Shown: positions 54,489 to 63,845, counted from the first letter of the stretch. The stretch is DNA of 64,000 nt from Candidatus Shapirobacteria bacterium (GCA_020059745.1 JAGVBK010000004.1:306511-370510); one strand, 5' to 3'. Notes: generated by a model not told the origin, from the letters alone. Made by a program: numbers and translations.

Positions 54489-56005
54489 ATCTGGTTCACC
54501 TCAAGAAAATCCCGCAGTTTCCGATAGTAGTTTGTAAGACCCTTTCTTGTAGTGCTTGGGGGGGAATTAAAAGAGGAATTAGGAAAAGATCCCTGGCCTT
54601 CTTCATTTTTCTTATAAAGATCAAACAAAAAAGCTCTGCCTTCTTTTTCTATATGGGAAACTTCGAACTTTTCGGAAAGAAAATTGCCGATTTGCCTGTC
54701 TTTAGAAGAGCAGTTTGCATAGCAGGAAAAAACAAAAAAACGCCATTTGCCTTCAAGCGCATCATTTTTAATTTCTTCCTCAGACCAATAAATTTTTATC
54801 GGCAGCCCGGTTTTGTAACGAAAAAGCTCCTCATTAAAATCCCAATTAACGCCAATTTTTTCCGTGCCAATTAAAGGGGTAATTTCATCTATAAAATTGT
54901 TCTGCCAGAGGGATTTTTTAACTTGTTTGTCTTTGTAGCTTATAACCAACAAGCAAAAAACAAGGTTTAAGGCAAAACTAAAACAAAAAAACAACCTAAA
55001 ATACCTTTTTTTGTTTTCAAAAAGAATTACAGAGCTGCGGCTTAAGGTAAGGATAAAAAAAGGAGAAAGATAGTAGAGCCAGTAGGGGTGGGCGAAAGTG
55101 CCGTTTAAAAAAAGGACAATGTTTAAGATGCCAAAAACCAAAAAAACGAAAACTTCTTTTTTAATTTTTTCTTTAACAAGATAAAAAATGGGGAGAAAGG
55201 CTAGGGGAGAAAAGTAAATAAAAATTCTAATCAAGGTAAGGATAAAAAGTTTTAAAAAAGGATACTCTTTTCCTAAAAACTCATTTCCCAAGCTGCGGAC
55301 AAGATAGGCGGTAGTTAGTTCCTTAAAGCCGACAAGGAAGGAAACATAGGTCAAAAATAAAAGCAAAGTAACTAGGGAGGTGAGCAGATATTTAACTTGC
55401 TTTTTATCTTTATAAATAATAAAAAATGAAAAAAGAAAAAGGAAAAAAGTCCAATCAGATAAACTTCCGAAAACAGTGGTAAAAAAAAGTAAAAAAGTTT
55501 TAAACGCAAACTCTTTTTCCCACAGAAAAACAAAAACAAGGCTAAAAAAAAGTACCCAGGGTTCAAACTGGATTAATTTTCCGAAAGAGAGGAGGAAAGG
55601 GCAGAGTGAAGCAAGTATTAAGGTTAAATATCCTTCTTTTTCTCCCCAAATTCTTTTTGAAATTAAAAACAAAAGTAAAACTGAGGCCAAAGTAAGTAAA
55701 ACCGGGAAAAATCTTCCCGGCCAGAAATTTTCAAAGCCAAATAGAGTATAGCTTAAAAGGGTAGAAAGCTGAAGAAGCGGAGGGTGGTGAAGATAATATT
55801 CGAACCTCTCCCCGACTTTCCTATTAACAGGACCAAACTTTGTATTTAAAAGGCCGTATTTCTGGTAGTTCTTGGCTTGGATTGAATAGGTGGCGTTATT
55901 ATTGCCAAAAGGGCCGACAAAGGGTAAATTTATATCTTTTAGAAAATAGATAAGACAGAAAAGAAAAGATAAAGCGGCAATTATTTTTAAAAAATGGATT
56001 TTCAT
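54485..56005 (-). CDS. GT-C fold (ArnT/PMT-like) glycosyltransferase
   Basis: Multi-TM; YYLHHPPL, GRFFP, QFEP. Confidence 0.7.
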   Translation of the reverse strand: MKIHFLKIIAALSFLFCLIYFLKDINLPFVGPFGNNNATYSIQAKNYQKYGLLNTKFGPVNRKVGERFEYYLHHPPLLQLSTLLSYTLFGFENFWPGRFFPVLLTLASVLLLFLISKRIWGEKEGYLTLILASLCPFLLSFGKLIQFEPWVLFFSLVFVFLWEKEFAFKTFLLFFTTVFGSLSDWTFFLFLFSFFIIYKDKKQVKYLLTSLVTLLLFLTYVSFLVGFKELTTAYLVRSLGNEFLGKEYPFLKLFILTLIRIFIYFSPLAFLPIFYLVKEKIKKEVFVFLVFGILNIVLFLNGTFAHPYWLYYLSPFFILTLSRSSVILFENKKRYFRLFFCFSFALNLVFCLLVISYKDKQVKKSLWQNNFIDEITPLIGTEKIGVNWDFNEELFRYKTGLPIKIYWSEEEIKNDALEGKWRFFVFSCYANCSSKDRQIGNFLSEKFEVSHIEKEGRAFLFDLYKKNEEGQGSFPNSSFNSPPSTTRKGLTNYYRKLRDFLEVNQI

Positions 56006-56031
56006 TTTGTCTGTATAATTTGCTTAAGTAT

Positions 56032-57606
56032 ATGATGATTAAAAGGTTCAAAGCAAAGAGAAGCCGGCAGGATATTTTAGCAGCGGCTCTCATAATGTTA
56101 TTTTTCTTTTTGCAGGTTAATTTGATTTTTAAAGAATCCCGGGTTTTTGATGAACACCTTTTTTTAAATGCAGGTTATCAGTTTTTAAAAAACAAAGATT
56201 TTACCGCAGATCCCTACAATCCTCCCCTGGCCCGGGAAATTACCAGCATTCCCCTTCTTTTTAATTTTAATTTGATAAACGACCCTTTTCTTTTTTGGCC
56301 AAGGCTTATGGTAGTTATCTTTTCTTTAGGCCTGGTCTGGATTTTATATACTTGGTCAAAAAAGCTTTGGGGAAAAGCAGCAGCGCTTTTAAGTCTTTTC
56401 ATTTTTTTGCTAACTCCGGAGATTTTGGCCCACAGCCATTTGGCCTTAACCGACCTTTTGACTGCTTTCTTTCTATTTTTAAGCTATTTTTTCTTTGATA
56501 AATACTTTATTCAAAAAAAGAACCCCGGTCCTAAAGAAAAAATTATTTTTTTTCTTTTTTTAGGACTTTCTTTGGCCGTAAGAACGGTGAATCTTTTTTT
56601 GTCGGCCCCCCTGCTTTTTTATTATCTTCTTTTTATGAGGAAAGAAAATATTATTAAAGTAAAAGATTTTGCCTGGGGTATTGTTATTGCAGTAGCCATA
56701 ATTTGGGCTACCTATTTTTTTACTTTTGAGCCGGCCTTGGGCTATAGGAGAGACCCAAACAGAGAAGCTTTTAATTTTGTAGAAAAATATCCCCGCCTCT
56801 CTTTCTTGCTTGAAAAACCAATTCCATTAGGCAGTTACATAAGTACTTATAAAAGCAATTTCATTTTTTTAAAAACAGACAAGCTTCCCAAATATGCGGC
56901 TTTCGCGGGAAAAGAAATCGGCAAAGGACCAGGTTATTTAACCCTCATTGTTTTTTTATTAAAAACCCCAATTCCTCTTTTAATTATGTTTCTCTATCCC
57001 CTTTTAAAGAAAGAAAAAAACAAGACTGAAAAATTTATTAAGTTCACTTCCCTTTTCATTTTTCTTGAAATTCTTTTTTTAGGAACTGATTTAAGGATTC
57101 GGTATTTTTTGTCTTTATATCCGCTGTTAACAATACTAAGCGGAAGGACAATCACCGATTTTATTAAAGAAACAAAAACAAAAATAATTCTTGCCGGGTT
57201 AGCATGCTGGCTCTTAATTAGCGCAAAAAACACCTATCCCCATTTTTTGACCTTTTTTAATGAAATAGCTGGCGGTAGGGATGAGGCTTACAAAATTGTA
57301 GTTGATTCAAATCTTGACTGGGGGCAAGGTTTACCGAGTCTTAAAAACTACCTGGAAAAAAACAAAGTTAACGATTACCAGCTTGCTTACTTTGGCAGTG
57401 CAAACCCAAAAGAGTACGGGCTTAATTACGAAAGAATAAAAGATTTTAATCCTCTGGAAACAAAAGAGATAAAAGAGTTAAACACAAAAAAACCAATTAT
57501 AATTTCGGCAAGTTGCTGGTACTATTGCGGTTACTACCAAAACAAAGAGTTGATAAATAAAAACCCAATAATAATAGATGGCCAATTTCTACTGTTTAAC
57601 AAATGA
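56032..57606 (+). CDS. GT-C fold (GT39/ArnT-like) glycosyltransferase
   Basis: FDE..., NPPL, LAHSHLALTD, LKTP, RYF, DSNLDWGQ. Confidence 0.78.
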   Translation: MMIKRFKAKRSRQDILAAALIMLFFFLQVNLIFKESRVFDEHLFLNAGYQFLKNKDFTADPYNPPLAREITSIPLLFNFNLINDPFLFWPRLMVVIFSLGLVWILYTWSKKLWGKAAALLSLFIFLLTPEILAHSHLALTDLLTAFFLFLSYFFFDKYFIQKKNPGPKEKIIFFLFLGLSLAVRTVNLFLSAPLLFYYLLFMRKENIIKVKDFAWGIVIAVAIIWATYFFTFEPALGYRRDPNREAFNFVEKYPRLSFLLEKPIPLGSYISTYKSNFIFLKTDKLPKYAAFAGKEIGKGPGYLTLIVFLLKTPIPLLIMFLYPLLKKEKNKTEKFIKFTSLFIFLEILFLGTDLRIRYFLSLYPLLTILSGRTITDFIKETKTKIILAGLACWLLISAKNTYPHFLTFFNEIAGGRDEAYKIVVDSNLDWGQGLPSLKNYLEKNKVNDYQLAYFGSANPKEYGLNYERIKDFNPLETKEIKELNTKKPIIISASCWYYCGYYQNKELINKNPIIIDGQFLLFNK

Positions 57607-57636
57607 TAAAATGAGAGAGTAACCACAATTCGTCTT

Positions 57637-58875
57637 ATGAAAAGTTCTAAAAATGATGACAAGATTATTATCTCCGGGAATACTGTTGTTCATGAATCGG
57701 CGGGAGGATACTTATTTTCTGAAGAGAACGGCAAACTTTATGTAGCTCTTTTGATAAACACTGAAGGAAAATATTTTGTTCCCAAGGGACACTTGAGAAA
57801 AGGAGAATCTTCGGAGCAGGCTGCCTTAAGAGAGATCAATGAAGAACTTTGTTTAAACCAATTTCCTATTAGAAAGGTGGCGAAAGTAGGATTGGTTAAA
57901 TATTCATTTAATAAGCCAAATGATCCAAAAGAACACGAAAAAACTTGCCACATGTATGTGTGCGAAGTTCAAAACAGGATAACTATTAAACCCTTGATTG
58001 ACGAAAAATATGTTGAGACTCGCTGGGTTGAGGTTGGCGTTGCCTTGGAGAAGATTGAACACGAGAGAGAAATGTTATTAGAGGCAGTTAATTTGTACAA
58101 AAGTTATAGAAATTTATCTTCTTTTGTTTCTGAAACTGTAAATTTATTAAAAAAAACTTTAATGAATAACCTTCTAGCCATAATTGACTCTGGAAGTTAT
58201 TCCTCAGGGGGATATAAACCTAATTGGAGCGATATAGATTTACTGCTTGTAGTGAAAAAGTTAGATACTCCAACAAAGTTAAAAGTTGCACAGGTCTCGT
58301 CACGGTTGAAAGGGAATTACAATATTGATTTAGGACTAAACATTATTACAGGAAAAGATTATTCATCTCCAATAAATCCGACAGCAACATTGGCGGGAAA
58401 GACTCTTCAGGCATTACTTGAAATGTCTTTAGACGATAAACGAATTATTTATATTGTTGATGAATTGGGGAAGGCTTATATTCCTTCCCAAAATGAAATT
58501 AAGGAATTTAGCTACTCTGATATTGCAAAGTTTGTAATTTTGAATAGAAAGGCTTTAACGTCATCAGAGGTTAACAACCCTGAAAAGTTTAAGAAAATTG
58601 TTGAAAAACAAATTAGATACGCATTTATTATGATGAAGCTTGCAATTCAGTACTATGAGATAAACCTATATGAAACCAAGTTAGATATTTTAACTTCAGC
58701 AAAAAGAAAATTTACAGATTATGACTTTTTGTCAATGGGAAAAATTTTAGAAGTAACTAAAAATTGGTCTTTAATTGTGGAAAAGAAAGACCTTTTGGCT
58801 GTTTTAAAAATTGTTGATGATTTTATCGAAAATTTCTCTAAATATTTTTTTTTGAAAGTATCTTTAAAAAAATGA
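57637..58875 (+). CDS. NUDIX hydrolase fused to a Pol-beta-type nucleotidyltransferase and a helical C-domain
   Basis: PKGHLRKGESSEQAALREINEEL (NUDIX box); SGS...SDIDLLLV (NTase). Confidence 0.8.
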   Translation: MKSSKNDDKIIISGNTVVHESAGGYLFSEENGKLYVALLINTEGKYFVPKGHLRKGESSEQAALREINEELCLNQFPIRKVAKVGLVKYSFNKPNDPKEHEKTCHMYVCEVQNRITIKPLIDEKYVETRWVEVGVALEKIEHEREMLLEAVNLYKSYRNLSSFVSETVNLLKKTLMNNLLAIIDSGSYSSGGYKPNWSDIDLLLVVKKLDTPTKLKVAQVSSRLKGNYNIDLGLNIITGKDYSSPINPTATLAGKTLQALLEMSLDDKRIIYIVDELGKAYIPSQNEIKEFSYSDIAKFVILNRKALTSSEVNNPEKFKKIVEKQIRYAFIMMKLAIQYYEINLYETKLDILTSAKRKFTDYDFLSMGKILEVTKNWSLIVEKKDLLAVLKIVDDFIENFSKYFFLKVSLKK

Positions 58876-60017
58876 AAAATGTTAGAGCAGTTCAAAACGT
58901 CCTCTTTGAAAAATACAGAAATTTCCCTCCGTTTCTAACAATCGTTGAGAAAAAATTAGGTGAAACAATTGTTTCTGTAGAAGACTTGTTTAAGTTTTAT
59001 GGAATTAAATCAAACAACATCATTATAACAACTATTGATAAAAAAAGATCTTTGAAACGATATGTACTAAAACGTTCTTCGGCAGAAAATATAGTTAATG
59101 AATTTAGGGGTACTGAGTTAATTTCAAAATACTTACCTGTGGCTAAAGTTTTATTTACGTTTAAAGTCAGCGGTGAGTCATGGTTACTCAGGGATTATAT
59201 ATCTGGAGTATCGATGGCAGATATCACGAATTACTTTGAGCAGTTAAAAAAAATCCAGCAATTGCTAGAGCTTGAAAGAGAAAAAGAAAGAATAATAGTA
59301 AATGGATATATAAAACTTGAAAATAAAATAAATAGTAAAGACTATTTAGTTTTACCTACTAATAAATTATTTCACCAGAGATTACTGGGTGAACGTTATA
59401 GAGACTTTTTTATAGATGGAGAATTCATGTCTCTATATATAAATAAAAGAGTTGTTTTAAATGGCAGAAAGTTTCCTTTAACTTTAGCCGAGATATTTCA
59501 GAACCTCAAGGAGAAATATTCTCAAACTAGAGAAATGGCTGTATTTCCTGGCCATGGAGATGGGCATCACGGAAATATGTTGGTGTCTAACGAAGGAAAA
59601 ATTACTTTTTTCGACAACGAGTATTCGTGTATCATGCCTTCATATATGGATCTATCAAAGCCATACTATAATGATTTACTAGGAATGTTATTCTATTACT
59701 TTCATGATAGATTATTAGATTATTTTAGTATTAAATCTTATGACGAGGGCAAAACAACATTAAATTTGAAGATTAAGTTGAACAAAAAGATTGGCACAAG
59801 AATGGAGATTACCAAAATCAAGCTGCAAGAAAGGCGGAATTTTCTTAAGGATAGCCAAAACTATTTAAAATTAAATGACTATCTTTTTATGTGCCATACA
59901 CTAAATAAAAATCCGAATTTATTTCCTAAGAAAATTCTTGTAATCTTCCTAGCATTCAGCGAAATTTTAAATGAATTTGATTCTTTCAACCCCGAATCAA
60001 TTTATTCTTATTTTTAA
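58872..60017 (+). CDS. APH/choline-kinase-like phosphotransferase
   Basis: YVLK, HGDGHHGNML (Brenner motif), FFDNE, MDL; ATGA overlap with upstream gene. Confidence 0.72.
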   Translation: MKNVRAVQNVLFEKYRNFPPFLTIVEKKLGETIVSVEDLFKFYGIKSNNIIITTIDKKRSLKRYVLKRSSAENIVNEFRGTELISKYLPVAKVLFTFKVSGESWLLRDYISGVSMADITNYFEQLKKIQQLLELEREKERIIVNGYIKLENKINSKDYLVLPTNKLFHQRLLGERYRDFFIDGEFMSLYINKRVVLNGRKFPLTLAEIFQNLKEKYSQTREMAVFPGHGDGHHGNMLVSNEGKITFFDNEYSCIMPSYMDLSKPYYNDLLGMLFYYFHDRLLDYFSIKSYDEGKTTLNLKIKLNKKIGTRMEITKIKLQERRNFLKDSQNYLKLNDYLFMCHTLNKNPNLFPKKILVIFLAFSEILNEFDSFNPESIYSYF

Positions 60018-60044
60018 GAATTAATTTGATATAATAATCATTAA

Positions 60045-60803
60045 ATGATAGAAAGAAACGTGATAGGAGAAAACGATTGGGAGTCAGTTGCTTTAGGAAA
60101 TACAATAGAAATAAAATCGACCGACGGCCTTGAAGTCAAAATCTTAAACCCAGAAAACATAAAGAATGTTTTAAGTCAAGCAAACTTCTCAAAGCCTCTG
60201 TTTATTTTTATTTCCGGAACAAGCGAATCTGGTAAAAGTACATTTGGTAAACTAGCTGTCAAAACGGGCATAGCACATAGACTTAAAATATATAAAACTC
60301 TTGCTGAAATGTCAGGAGAGAAGGGATTGCCCGAGATGGTGGATAATCCATTTAATTACGCAACCAGTATTGCAACGAACCAAGAACTTGTTGAAGAAGT
60401 AAGCAATAAAATCTTAGAAAATTATGTAGGTTTGATGCAACAAACAGATATACCGATAGCCGTAGTTGAGACAATCAAACATCAGTGGATGGTCGAGCAA
60501 TTTAGGGGGGATTCAAGCATTAGATTTTTATCAATATTTATAGATGCAGATTTAGAAAAAAGAATTGTGAGAGAATCTAAAAAGTCTGGTAAGTCCATAG
60601 ACATTGTAAGATCTGAGGTTCACAAAAAGGATGTAATGAAACAAACTTTGGGTTCGGAAGAGGTTGAGAATTCGGCCGATATATATATTTCAAACAACGG
60701 AAGCCTTGAATCATATGAAGATATGATACTTTCTTTCCTAAAAATTCTGCGAAGTCATTCAATAATTTATTCGGGCGAAGCTCACGATTATTCCTTGGAT
60801 TGA
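60045..60803 (+). CDS. P-loop nucleotide-monophosphate/dephospho-CoA-kinase-like protein
   Basis: ISGTSESGKST, FIDADLEKRIVR, ADIYISNNGSLE. Confidence 0.7.
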   Translation: MIERNVIGENDWESVALGNTIEIKSTDGLEVKILNPENIKNVLSQANFSKPLFIFISGTSESGKSTFGKLAVKTGIAHRLKIYKTLAEMSGEKGLPEMVDNPFNYATSIATNQELVEEVSNKILENYVGLMQQTDIPIAVVETIKHQWMVEQFRGDSSIRFLSIFIDADLEKRIVRESKKSGKSIDIVRSEVHKKDVMKQTLGSEEVENSADIYISNNGSLESYEDMILSFLKILRSHSIIYSGEAHDYSLD

Positions 60804-60804
60804 C

Positions 60805-61479
60805 ATGATAGAAATTTCTTCTTCTTTCGTTGAAACGGTTGAATCATCAGTTGGCAGGGAAGATTTTGGTTTCAATAATAAATTTGGCCTAATGCTTATT
60901 GGCCACGATGCAATAAATTTAGATATTACTGAATTTATTATTTCATATACCCTAGGTCGTCTCAAAATTAGTTCGCCCAGTGTGGAACTCGCGGGAGTGA
61001 TAATATTGGCTTCAATTTCCAGAGAACAAACCAGAGAGATTTATCCCGAACTAGAAGGAAAATTATTTGAAGCATTTGTAAATGCTTTTGAAAAAGAGGA
61101 AAGTGTTTTAGTCGTATTCCAACAAACTGACCCCATGAATAAAGAATACGATTTTATTTCGGAAATAAACAAAATAAAGGGAAAAATTAAAAAGCATAAA
61201 CCTAGAGGAGAAAGCACGGGATGGAAAGATTCAATTCGAGGAGCAACTCCGTTACCGGGCGATAGAGCAAGATATGAAGAAGTCGGTAAAAAAATCGATG
61301 AAGGAAATCTTTCTCTCGAGGATTATCTCAAACTTACACATCATCTGGTTCACAGCCCCGATAATGCTGAAGAGATAGCGGGGCTTTATTTATTAATTGG
61401 AGAAGATTATAAAAAAGAAATTTTTGGTGATAATGTCGAAAATTTTGACATGTGGGTCCAAAAAATTGTAACTAAATAG
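60805..61479 (+). CDS. Hypothetical protein
   Basis: 224 aa, 1 nt after the kinase stop. Confidence 0.65.
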   Translation: MIEISSSFVETVESSVGREDFGFNNKFGLMLIGHDAINLDITEFIISYTLGRLKISSPSVELAGVIILASISREQTREIYPELEGKLFEAFVNAFEKEESVLVVFQQTDPMNKEYDFISEINKIKGKIKKHKPRGESTGWKDSIRGATPLPGDRARYEEVGKKIDEGNLSLEDYLKLTHHLVHSPDNAEEIAGLYLLIGEDYKKEIFGDNVENFDMWVQKIVTK

Positions 61480-61506
61480 GAAATATTTTTTTAAAATACA
61501 AAAATT

Positions 61507-61594
61507 TGGTGACCCCACCCGGATTCGAACCCCGTAAAACTTTACCTTTCGTTCGAAGAACTCAAGGGGCAGTTGACGGGGCAGGCCGGGGTTA
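61507..61594 (-). pseudogene. Orphan tRNA(Glu-like) 3' half with CCA, T-arm interrupted by a 56-nt hairpin insert
   Basis: - strand TAAC-CCCGG-[61585..61530]-TTCGAAT-CCGGG-TGGGGTC-ACCA. Confidence 0.6.
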
Positions 61595-61595
61595 G

Positions 61596-61668
61596 TGACG
61601 CCTATGGGAGTCGAACCCATGTTACAAGGATGAGAACCTTGCGTCCTAGGCCACTAGACGAAGGCGCC
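61596..61668 (-). tRNA. tRNA-Glu (anticodon CTC), CCA not encoded
   Basis: Acceptor GGCGCCT/AGGCGTC, anticodon CAAGG-TTCTCAT-CCTTG, T-arm ATGGG-TTCGACT-CCCAT; TGgTATAAT promoter at 61770-61762. Confidence 0.92.
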
Positions 61669-61784
61669 GCGTAAAATTCACTTCGTTCATGACGCGGTGA
61701 ACCGGCGTAAGTTTATCGCGTCCTACGCGGCTTCACACGCGGAAAGTTAATTAGCCTTGTTATTATACCAATTTTAGGTAGATA

Positions 61785-61860
61785 TTGACAAATAGATTTT
61801 TAAGCCTTATTATCACCAAGTATTAGGAAAAACTAGGCATAGTGGCGGAGCCACTTTTTT
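61785..61860 (+). promoter_or_regulatory. greA promoter and leader terminator
   Basis: TTGACA (61785)-17 bp-TATTAT; AGTGGC-GGA-GCCACT followed by a T-run (61841-61860) before the start codon. Confidence 0.65.
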
Positions 61861-61899
61861 GTTTTCCCGAAATTTTTAATTTTTGTAAAATATTTAACT

Positions 61900-62364
61900 A
61901 TGGAAGAAAAAGTATACTTAACAAAAGAAGGGATGGAAAAGCTTAATGAAGAGCTAAAATCCCTTAAAGAAAAAGAAAGGCCGGAAACAGTAGAAAGACT
62001 TGCCCTGGCAAGAATGCAGGGTGATTTAAGCGAAAATACCGAATATGCTGCCGCCCGAGATGCTCTTGCGTTTATAGACGGCAGGATTGAAGAAATTGAG
62101 GAGATTCTTAAAAACGTAGTTTTGATTGAAGAAAAAAACGGGCCCAAAGAAAGTGTTGATGTTGGTTGCAAAGTGACAGTCAGAACAAACGGCAGTGAGC
62201 ATGTTTATCACATCGTTGGCGAATGGGAAGCTGATCCTTCTAAGAAAAAGGTTTCTCCTTCTTCACCATTAGGTCAGGCTTTGATTGGCAGAAGAGCTGG
62301 AGAAGAAGTTGAGTTTGAAGCTCCGGCAGGCAAAGTCGTTTTTACCGTGGTTAAGATTGACTGA
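61900..62364 (+). CDS. greA: Transcription elongation factor GreA
   Basis: LTKEG, GDLSENTEY, SPLGQALIG. Confidence 0.96.
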   Translation: MEEKVYLTKEGMEKLNEELKSLKEKERPETVERLALARMQGDLSENTEYAAARDALAFIDGRIEEIEEILKNVVLIEEKNGPKESVDVGCKVTVRTNGSEHVYHIVGEWEADPSKKKVSPSSPLGQALIGRRAGEEVEFEAPAGKVVFTVVKID

Positions 62365-62404
62365 TCTTAACACTGCCTTCTATTTGTGCTAAAATCTCCC
62401 TTAA

Positions 62405-63844
62405 ATGTCAACACTTGACGAACTGCGCAAGCAAAGAATAGAAAAGCTCAAAAAAATCAGGGAACTGGGGATTGACCCTTATCCTGCAGTTTCCCGACGC
62501 GAACAAACAAACGCCGAAGCCCTGAAAATGCTTAGCGAAAAGGTTACTGTGGTTGGAAGGTTGCGGGCGCTTCGGGGGCATGGCGGTTCCTCTTTTGCTG
62601 ACCTGGTTGACCAAACAGGGCGTATTCAGCTTTTTTTCTCAAGGCAGGAGATAGGAGAAGAAAAGTATCAACTTCTTAAACTGCTTGATTTGGGTGATTT
62701 TATTGAAGTCAGCGGTGAGGTTTTTAATACACAAGCTGGAGAAACCACAGTTAAGGTAAAAGACCTCAGATTGCTTACAAAATCAATAAGACCGCTTCCG
62801 GAAAAATGGCACGGGCTTGTGGATACGGAAACGAGGCTCAGAAAAAGATATCTGGACCTTATTATGAATCCAGAGGTTAGGGAATTGTTTATTAAAAAAG
62901 CAAACTTTTGGCAGGCAGCTAGAAAGTTTCTGAAGGAAAAAGACTTTTTGGAAGTGGAGACACCGGTTTTGGAAGCTATTCCCGGCGGTGCCGATGCCCG
63001 GCCTTTTATTACTCACCACCATACTTTGGATATTGATCTTTATCTTAGAATTTCTCTGGAGCTTCACTTAAAAAGACTGATGGTGGGTGGTTATGACAAA
63101 GTTTTTGAGATTGGCAGAATTTTCAGGAACGAAGGGATAGATGCTGAGCACCTTCAGGATTATACCCAGCTTGAATTTTACTGGGGGTATGCGGACTATA
63201 ACAAGCTAATGGACTTTGTTGAAGAATTTTATAAATTTTTAGTAAAAGAAACTATGGGCAGCCTAAAAACCATGCGCCAGGGGCAGGAAATTGACTGGTC
63301 AGGCAAGTGGGACAGGGTTGATTATAGCGAAATTTTTAAAGAGAAAACCGGTCTTGATCCGCTTGGGGTTTCTTTAGAGGAACTTGAGAAAAAGGCAAAG
63401 GAATTAAAAATAAAATATGAGGAAAATATCGGCAAAGGTAGGCTGATAGATTTAATTTATAAAAAAATGGTTCGGCCTTCTTTGGTTAAACCTTGTTTTT
63501 TAATTAATCTGCCTGTTGAAATTTCTCCTTTGGCGAAAAGAATTCCTGAAAAACCAGAGCTTACCCAAAGGATATTGGTTATGGCTGGCGGTACAGAGCT
63601 TGGCAATGGATTTTCCGAGCTTAATGACCCGATTGATCAAAAAGAAAGGTTTATTGAGCAGCAAAAATTAAGGGAAGCCGGAGACGAAGAAGCACAAATG
63701 TATGACCGTGATTTTGTGGAAGCTTTGGAATATGGTATGCCGCCGACAGCAGGTTTTGGTATGAGCGAGCGTGTCTTTTCCTTTTTAGTGGACAAGCCGA
63801 TTAGGGAAACAGTTTTCTTCCCCACCATGAGAGGAAACGAATAA
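62405..63844 (+). CDS. lysS: Lysine--tRNA ligase (class II)
   Basis: RKRYLDL, GGADARPF, LRISLELHLKR, FRNEG, YGMPPTAG. Confidence 0.97.
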   Translation: MSTLDELRKQRIEKLKKIRELGIDPYPAVSRREQTNAEALKMLSEKVTVVGRLRALRGHGGSSFADLVDQTGRIQLFFSRQEIGEEKYQLLKLLDLGDFIEVSGEVFNTQAGETTVKVKDLRLLTKSIRPLPEKWHGLVDTETRLRKRYLDLIMNPEVRELFIKKANFWQAARKFLKEKDFLEVETPVLEAIPGGADARPFITHHHTLDIDLYLRISLELHLKRLMVGGYDKVFEIGRIFRNEGIDAEHLQDYTQLEFYWGYADYNKLMDFVEEFYKFLVKETMGSLKTMRQGQEIDWSGKWDRVDYSEIFKEKTGLDPLGVSLEELEKKAKELKIKYEENIGKGRLIDLIYKKMVRPSLVKPCFLINLPVEISPLAKRIPEKPELTQRILVMAGGTELGNGFSELNDPIDQKERFIEQQKLREAGDEEAQMYDRDFVEALEYGMPPTAGFGMSERVFSFLVDKPIRETVFFPTMRGNE

Positions 63845-63845
63845 A

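Noticed and set aside
61393-61620. 75-aa ORF on the - strand
   Set aside because: Overlaps tRNA-Glu and the tRNA-like fragment
139-63828. Numerous 60-170 aa ORFs antisense to or out of frame within the called genes (e.g. 3914-4417 -, 18344-18793 -, 51308-51757 -, 61833-62171 -)
   Set aside because: They overlap well-supported genes, lack motifs and look like shadow ORFs
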